From NCBI RefSeq assembly GCF_009914755.1, contig NC_060932.1: 64,000 nucleotides of DNA. One strand, 5' to 3'. Below the pieces are notes generated by a model. That model searched no databases, had not been told where the DNA came from, and worked only from the letters and a program-made list of their open reading frames with translations. This document shows positions 57,601 to 64,000 of the stretch, piece by piece. Position 1 is the stretch's first letter. The number at the start of each line of letters is the position of its first letter. The position numbers and the translations under genes are program-made. This stretch comes from the human T2T-CHM13v2.0 reference genome, Homo sapiens.

Positions 57601-58629
57601 GATCGAAATCTCATTTGAATCAGGTGATCTAACACAAATGTCACATTTTTTTGTGCCTGATTTTATGCTTCCTTCTGTATAGAAATAAAAATAGGTATGC
57701 AAGTATTTGTTACTAAATGGAGACTTACAGTATCTGTAGCAGTGAAATTTAGTCAGTGGGTCCAACAAGAACAAAACCTCTCACGTTAGCTAGGTGTCTG
57801 TGCATATCTGAGCACTCACTGCCATCCAGTGCTCAAATCCAGTGCCGCGGGTTCCCAGGCAGGGGTGATTACACCATGGGAAGGAAAACTGAAGTACTGC
57901 TAGGCCTCCTGAATTTCTTTTTGTTGGTTTCTCTCAAGAATGTAGTTCCTTTCCTAATGAATTATATGCATCTAATTGCCAATGATATTTAGATGTTTTT
58001 TAACAGTAGACCAAACATTACAAATGTTCCATTGATTATGCATATGGGAAGAAGTGTTACAAATGCTTTTCTCCCACTTAATTTTCCTGTGTGAACTAAA
58101 TCCAAACATATCTGAATTTTCATAATTCAAAGAAAATATCTGTGCCAACATTCTGAGAACAAATAGCTGCCAAGCAAAACCTGACAGCATATTCCTTGGT
58201 GACATCCAGTCTTTAAAAGCTGTGTACACAGAGTGAGCAGCTATCTAAAACTGAGCTCATATGCAAATGTGAACATTCCTCACTTAAAATTACATTGTGT
58301 ACATTAAAACTTTCTCTAGAGTCTATGAAATGTTCAGGAAAAATGTAGCTGAGCTTGATCTTAAGTACCTTGCCTCATTATTTTTTTTTTTTTGTCATTT
58401 CTAGCTACTAGTCTGTCCAAAGAAAACAACTTTCTTATTTCTTTTAGTTTTGTGTGTACCCTGAGCTTGATTCCCAGTTGCTGCTATAAAAAACTGAAAG
58501 GGTTCCCAACACTGCTATTTTTCTTTTTTTCTCTGTTACTAACATTTAAACATCAAAGATATTCTGGTACTTTTATGTTGTAGAGTATATATAAGACCAT
58601 ATTTTCCCTAAAGGTATTTACTATCCAGG

Positions 58630-58663
<34 letters not shown>

Positions 58664-58677
58664 ACGCACACGTGTGT
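58630..58677. repeat. (TG)n microsatellite
   Basis: Direct reading; about 13 uninterrupted TG units. Confidence 0.92.
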
Positions 58678-59197
58678 TTTCTTAGCTGTTAGCCTTTTTT
58701 AGAAGTCACCTAACTGATAGCATTTTCCTATCACAAGATCACTGGCAGTGCGTGGAGGAAGAACTTGAGTGAGGCCATATTAACAGCAGGGAGATGAGTT
58801 AGGAGATTTTTAAAAATAATGTATTCAGATTTAAAAAAAAAAAAAAAAAAGCCCTATCTTAACATCGAAAACGTATGTTGTGATGACCTTGGGAATTTTT
58901 TAAATTTAAGCATGTTATCAGGACTCCTCCTAAGGCTGAAACTAAAAACTAACCTGCTTCCACCAAGACATTTAATATTATGGCAATTTCCATGTAAATC
59001 CTTAATGTATTTATTATTAGGGCCTTTTATGATAGTCTTACAGGAGGTTTTCAAAGTTTTATTCTGTCTACTAATTGGGAGTTTTTCATGAGATTTACCT
59101 TTGGTTAGCTCTGTTAAAAAATTATATGTGATATGAAAGAAAGATTTAAATTGTTTGCATATGATATAAATATATCTTTCTTAAAATATCAGTTTTC

Positions 59198-59508
<311 letters not shown>

Positions 59509-60333
59509 TTACAAATCATAGAACGTTGTTTTCATTTAAACCTGTTTCCTACAAAAGTACTAATTATTATTATTTTTTGGAATACTCATATAGTTAAACT
59601 GATTTTCTTAGCTGCAGTTAGTGGGTAAGAGTAGAAATAGGACATATATGACCCCAAAACAAATCCAAACATGACCAGACATGGCAATGCTACATGAATA
59701 AATATAAATATGTATCAGGAGGCTCAGTTGGTAAATGTTACAATAAGTACATAACAAAAAAAAAAAAGAACAAATACATCATATCTTACATTTAAAATGT
59801 TGAGGGTATTTCTAATTTGATATATCTGTGATCTCATAAGGAAAGTATATTAAATGAATTGCATCTTCAAACTGCTATTTTGTTCTTTATCAAAAGAAAA
59901 AAGGTATGACAATTGATGATTAAAAAAAAAACCCACAAACCAAATTTAGCTTTCATTACTGTCTAGCCATAAGAAGGAAAAAACCGTCAGCCAATACCAA
60001 GGTTCTTTGATCTCACGCTTCAACCTTTTTGTCCTCCAGATGAATGAAATGATCTTTTCTCAAATGTTCAGCAGGCCTTTTACCATTTGATAGGAAAATT
60101 ATTTTTAAGAAGGTTTAAAATGTGATCTGAAAAACCACATTGACTCTATGTGACATATTTGCTATTCTTAGCCTGGTGGAATAAGTTGGAAGTGGATGAA
60201 TAATGCAGGTTAGAAAGAAAACAGATGCAAAATATTACAAATGGAAAGGTTTTCCAGCAATGAGACTTTCATTTTAGGACTAGGTTTTTGTTGGCACGTT
60301 TGGCATTATGACGATTATTGTTTTTTTCTCCAG

Positions 60334-60489
60334 CTGTTACACATCTGTATTGAAGGTTGGGGCAACTGGCGTTGGTCAGAGCCTTTCAGTGTGGACCATG
60401 CCGGGACTTTTATTAGAACAATTCAGTACAGGGGTCGAACTGCTTCTCTCATCATCAAGGTTCAGCAACTCAATGGAGTACAAAAACAG
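60334..60489 (+). CDS. VPS13B: VPS13B internal coding exon (156 nt, phase 0 to 0): LLHICIEGWGNWRWSEPFSVDHAGTFIRTIQYRGRTASLIIKVQQLNGVQKQ
   Basis: tttttttctccag acceptor; consensus CAG|gtaagt donor at 60490; WSEPF motif typical of the VPS13 adaptor-binding repeat region. Confidence 0.95.
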
Positions 60490-62089
60490 GTAAGTTTCTT
60501 TGTGTTCATGACCCAGACACCTCTTAATTATTCAGTGTAATGGAGATGAAAATAATTAATAATTTTTTTAAAATCACAGTGGTTATGCCTAGTTATATCT
60601 ACTACTACCATGCATGTGAGCATTTAATAAATGCTTATCTATGATCCTGACAATGATGATGGCTTCAAACCCTTTGTCCCACTTCTTTTACAAGAGCTGC
60701 TAACAAGCAGTAAAATTTACTGATTTTAGTTTCACCTCTTCTCCCTGTCACCACCTACCTTCTGGTGGAGGTGCTAATGAGCTGTGAAATAGCCAAAAGT
60801 CCTTTATTGAGAAGGAAAAGAAGCAAAGAGTAGTGGGAACCCTGGATAATCCACCAGCGGATAACCAAGAGTTGGTTCTCATGCACGTGAGAATGATCTG
60901 TAAGGAAGTGCTGTGATACTCTCCCATGACAGAGTGGGCCTGGGTCTCCAGCAAGCTTTTCTTTTCCTAGGAGTTAATATTAACTGCAGTAAAAATTCAC
61001 TGCAGCCTAACTCTTGGCATATAAAACCTCAGCTCTCAGCACATATTTTTACGTATTTTATAAAACTTGCTTTTTGGCTGTTTTTGAAGTTCTAAGACTG
61101 CAAAGGGAAAAATGTATCTGACACTTTCTTTTTGTTCTTAAGATGTGAAAATGTGGTTTCTAAAAGATGTTTTTCAAGCATGGACAAGAGTAGAAAGAAA
61201 AGAAGGAAGTATTAAAATCTGAAAACTGGCTTCACTGCACACATAATAACTGGATTTGTCGTTAGAGTTTCAACATATACATCTGGATTGTAACAGTCTA
61301 CCCAGAGCTTTTGTGGGACATGATAGAAACAGCACTTAGTCCCTGGAAAAGGGGAGCTTCCCCTATGGAGCAGCAGGGGCTATTCTGTTGCTGCATGCCA
61401 AGGAGGAATCAGGAAGCTGCTAGTGAGGTGAACAGTAGGACCCACACCATATGCATTCTTGGTCTGCACCTAATCAAGGAGCTGGACTTGGTGATCTTAT
61501 TATTGTGGGCCACGGAAATAAAAAGAGAACTCAACTCTAGCAGAGGAGTCTCAGAAAAGAAGCATGGAAGACTCTTCCCAATTAACTGAGCATTCCTCAG
61601 AATATTTATTGATTGCCTAAAGTGGAACAAAGTAAAATGGAAAACACCAAGTATGTGAAACAGTCTTTGCTTTTAAATTGCAATTTTATGTAAGCCCAAC
61701 AATGTTGTCAACTGACAGTAAGTGTAAAGGGAATTTAGAGGTTTCACTGAGAAGATATGACTTGAGCTGGGCTTTGGAAAATATGTAGAATTTGGATTAA
61801 GAGAGAGCATTCCAAGTAGACAGTATAGCATAAACGAAGAGACAAATGTGGGACAAATGAGTCTTACTGAAGGATTCCTGCAGGGACCGGCCTACTAGTG
61901 TGAGCATTGAGCCAAAGAGAACAAGGAGTGTCACTAACTCCCATCTGCCCTCAGAACACTCTTACATGAATCTGCTGTCAATGAATATCTGCCCAGTAAG
62001 TGTATACTGGTTTTCTGATTCTGTCACTCATGGTCTTTCAAGAATGTCTTACCCACCTTCCCATTGAGTAATATGTCTGAGAAAAGGTC

Positions 62090-62355
62090 ATCCAGCCTCT
62101 TTGAATAGTTCAGATGACAAGAGGCTCATTCCCTCACACAGCAGCCCTTTCTGTTTGCTACCACCAGCTAAGTTTTCTTCCTGATTTCGAACCAAAAATC
62201 TTTCACCATTCCACCACCTTTCCCCATTCCCTAGAACTATGAGGCATATACAACAAGCGCAAAACTTGTGAGAACTCCACAAGTCACCTCTCCTCTACAT
62301 TATAGCCCTTCAAAAACATAAGGGAAGCTATTGTGTTTCCCCTTGGTTTTCTTCT
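62090..62355 (-). mobile_element. L3/CR1-like ancient LINE fragment
   Basis: cagcctctttgaatagttcagatgacaagaggctcattccctcacacagcagccc...aagttttcttcctga resembles the recalled L3 consensus. Confidence 0.45.
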
Positions 62356-62359
62356 CTCT

Positions 62360-62535
62360 AGGCCTTCTCAAATTTGAGTATGCATCAGAATCCCCTGGAG
62401 GGCTTGTTAAAACACAGATTGCTGGGTCCCAACCCCAGAGTTTCAGATTGGGTGTGGTCTGTAATTTGCATTTCTAACAAGTTCCCAGGTGCTGCTGATG
62501 CTGCTGGTCCAGGGACCACAATTTGACTACTATAG
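62360..62535. mobile_element. MER5A hAT-Charlie DNA transposon
   Basis: tgcatcagaatcccctggagggcttgttaaaacacagattgctggg...tttgcatttctaacaagttcccaggtgctgctgatgctgctggtcc. Confidence 0.9.
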
Positions 62536-62649
62536 CTCCAGTCTAAACTTTCCCAGGTAGTTCAGCTCATTTTAGTGTGGCTGCTAGAACATTTATCAGT
62601 TACTGAAATGGCAGGGTCCCTCCATAGAGAAATGGTTTTAATGGTATGT

Positions 62650-62840
62650 CCTCGTAGTCAAGATCATAGGCAACTTGGCTGTATCCGCTTGCTAGCTGTG
62701 TGATCTTCAGAAAGTCATTTAAACTCTGTGAATCAATTTCCTCATCTGTAAAATGAGGATAGTAATAGTGCCCTCCTCAGGAAGTTAGTGTGAGGATTAA
62801 CTGAGTTTGTGTATGTAAAATGCTTACAACGTGCCTGCCC
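62650..62840 (+). mobile_element. MIR SINE
   Basis: tagctgtgtgatcttcagaaagtcatttaaactctgtgaatcaatttcctcatctgtaaaatgaggatagtaatagt. Confidence 0.8.
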
Positions 62841-64000
62841 TCCTGCCATAGCCCTATATACCATATTTAAAATTACTCTAATGAAATGTTATCAGGCATG
62901 AGTAACACTAAGTTGGACGGTTTTGTATTATAACAATAGTGACTCATTCTTGAATAGATACTATATATTTTCAAGAAACAATGTTAAATTTCAGGGATAA
63001 ATTAATATATACAGTGTTCCTGCACAAATATTACACATCGCAACAGTATACCTACCAAATGTCATAAAAGTTGGTTATTTGAAAAATACATTTCTAAAAA
63101 TGTCTGGCAGTTTTACCTCTTCCCTGCCCCCTCACTCACTCAGATACACACACCCACAAGCAAAAATGTTAAATGTCTTTTTCAATTGGATTTAATTTTT
63201 GCTGTCAGGGTAGTTTAGCGTTCAGATTTGTTCTGGTTAAAGTACATCAGAGACGTAGGATTTCCTCAATTGGCAAGGTTGGGAAGGAAGAAGGGAACCA
63301 AGCTTCAGAAGAGCTTTGTGGATTCTTGTCTCCCTCACATCTTGGCTTCTTTCCTTCTACCCCACCTGGGCCTGGAAATTTGCAATAAACTGCAGCTGCC
63401 TAATTACCAGGGCCCATTTGGGGAGGTGAGTATATGCAGATCCCTGATGCACCTTAACACCCCCTGGATAATGGAGAATTGGCTAAAGCTCTTTTCTTAA
63501 CATTGATGCTGGGTTATCTGTGCTCTGCATTTCTTATACCCCTCTCATTTCCCTCAATTGAATGAAAATTGACCACAGAAAATTTTGTGGGAACTTTGTA
63601 TGTTCTACAACTACTATGTACACACATTTGCTTCCATGTTTCCCATCTTTTTGTTGAAGAAACCTTTACTACTCTAAAATCTCAAATGTACACATGTATG
63701 TATGTATAATGGTGTCTTTATACACATACTTTTAATCATGTTTAAGATATCGTTTTCCAGTGCATCTGGTGCTCTGGAGTTATTCTTCAATATCACTATT
63801 CTTCTTGGCACTGATCTAATAAGAGTTCTGAAACCTGCTAAGTAAAATCATATGTGGAAATCTTCAATACACATCTTTGTGGCTTTGGGGAAGGAGGGGA
63901 ATTAGTGTGAAACCTGGAAATGTGTATTAAAGAGAAACCGTGCATTTAAAAAAATTAAGTAGCTGTCTTCAACTGATAAATTAATCTTGAAATTCTAACC

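Overview
This is primate (human-like) nuclear genomic DNA: AT-rich, CpG-depleted and dense in Alu, L1, L2, MIR, LTR and DNA-transposon relics. The window lies inside VPS13B (COH1, the Cohen-syndrome gene) on the + strand. It contains five internal coding exons (17721-17917, 27725-27906, 29632-29981, 35265-35426, 60334-60489). All have canonical AG/GT ends and compatible phases (0-2-1-0-0-0), and they splice into one open 1047-nt, 349-codon stretch. Nearly all other ORFs in the track are repeat-derived or chance. The most unusual item is a minus-strand RPL18A retrocopy at about 55.05-55.49 kb that looks semi-processed: its last two exons are joined, but about 170 nt of apparent intron with an intact 3' splice site is kept upstream. 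Other oddities are two template-switch scars (a 44-bp THE1 snippet between 9-bp direct repeats, and a fold-back palindrome at an Alu tail), a perfect 50-bp tandem duplication, and candidate cryptic or alternative splice sites near VPS13B exons. I found no evidence of a new multi-gene system. Repeat family names and parent-gene exon boundaries are recalled from memory and need RepeatMasker/BLAT confirmation.
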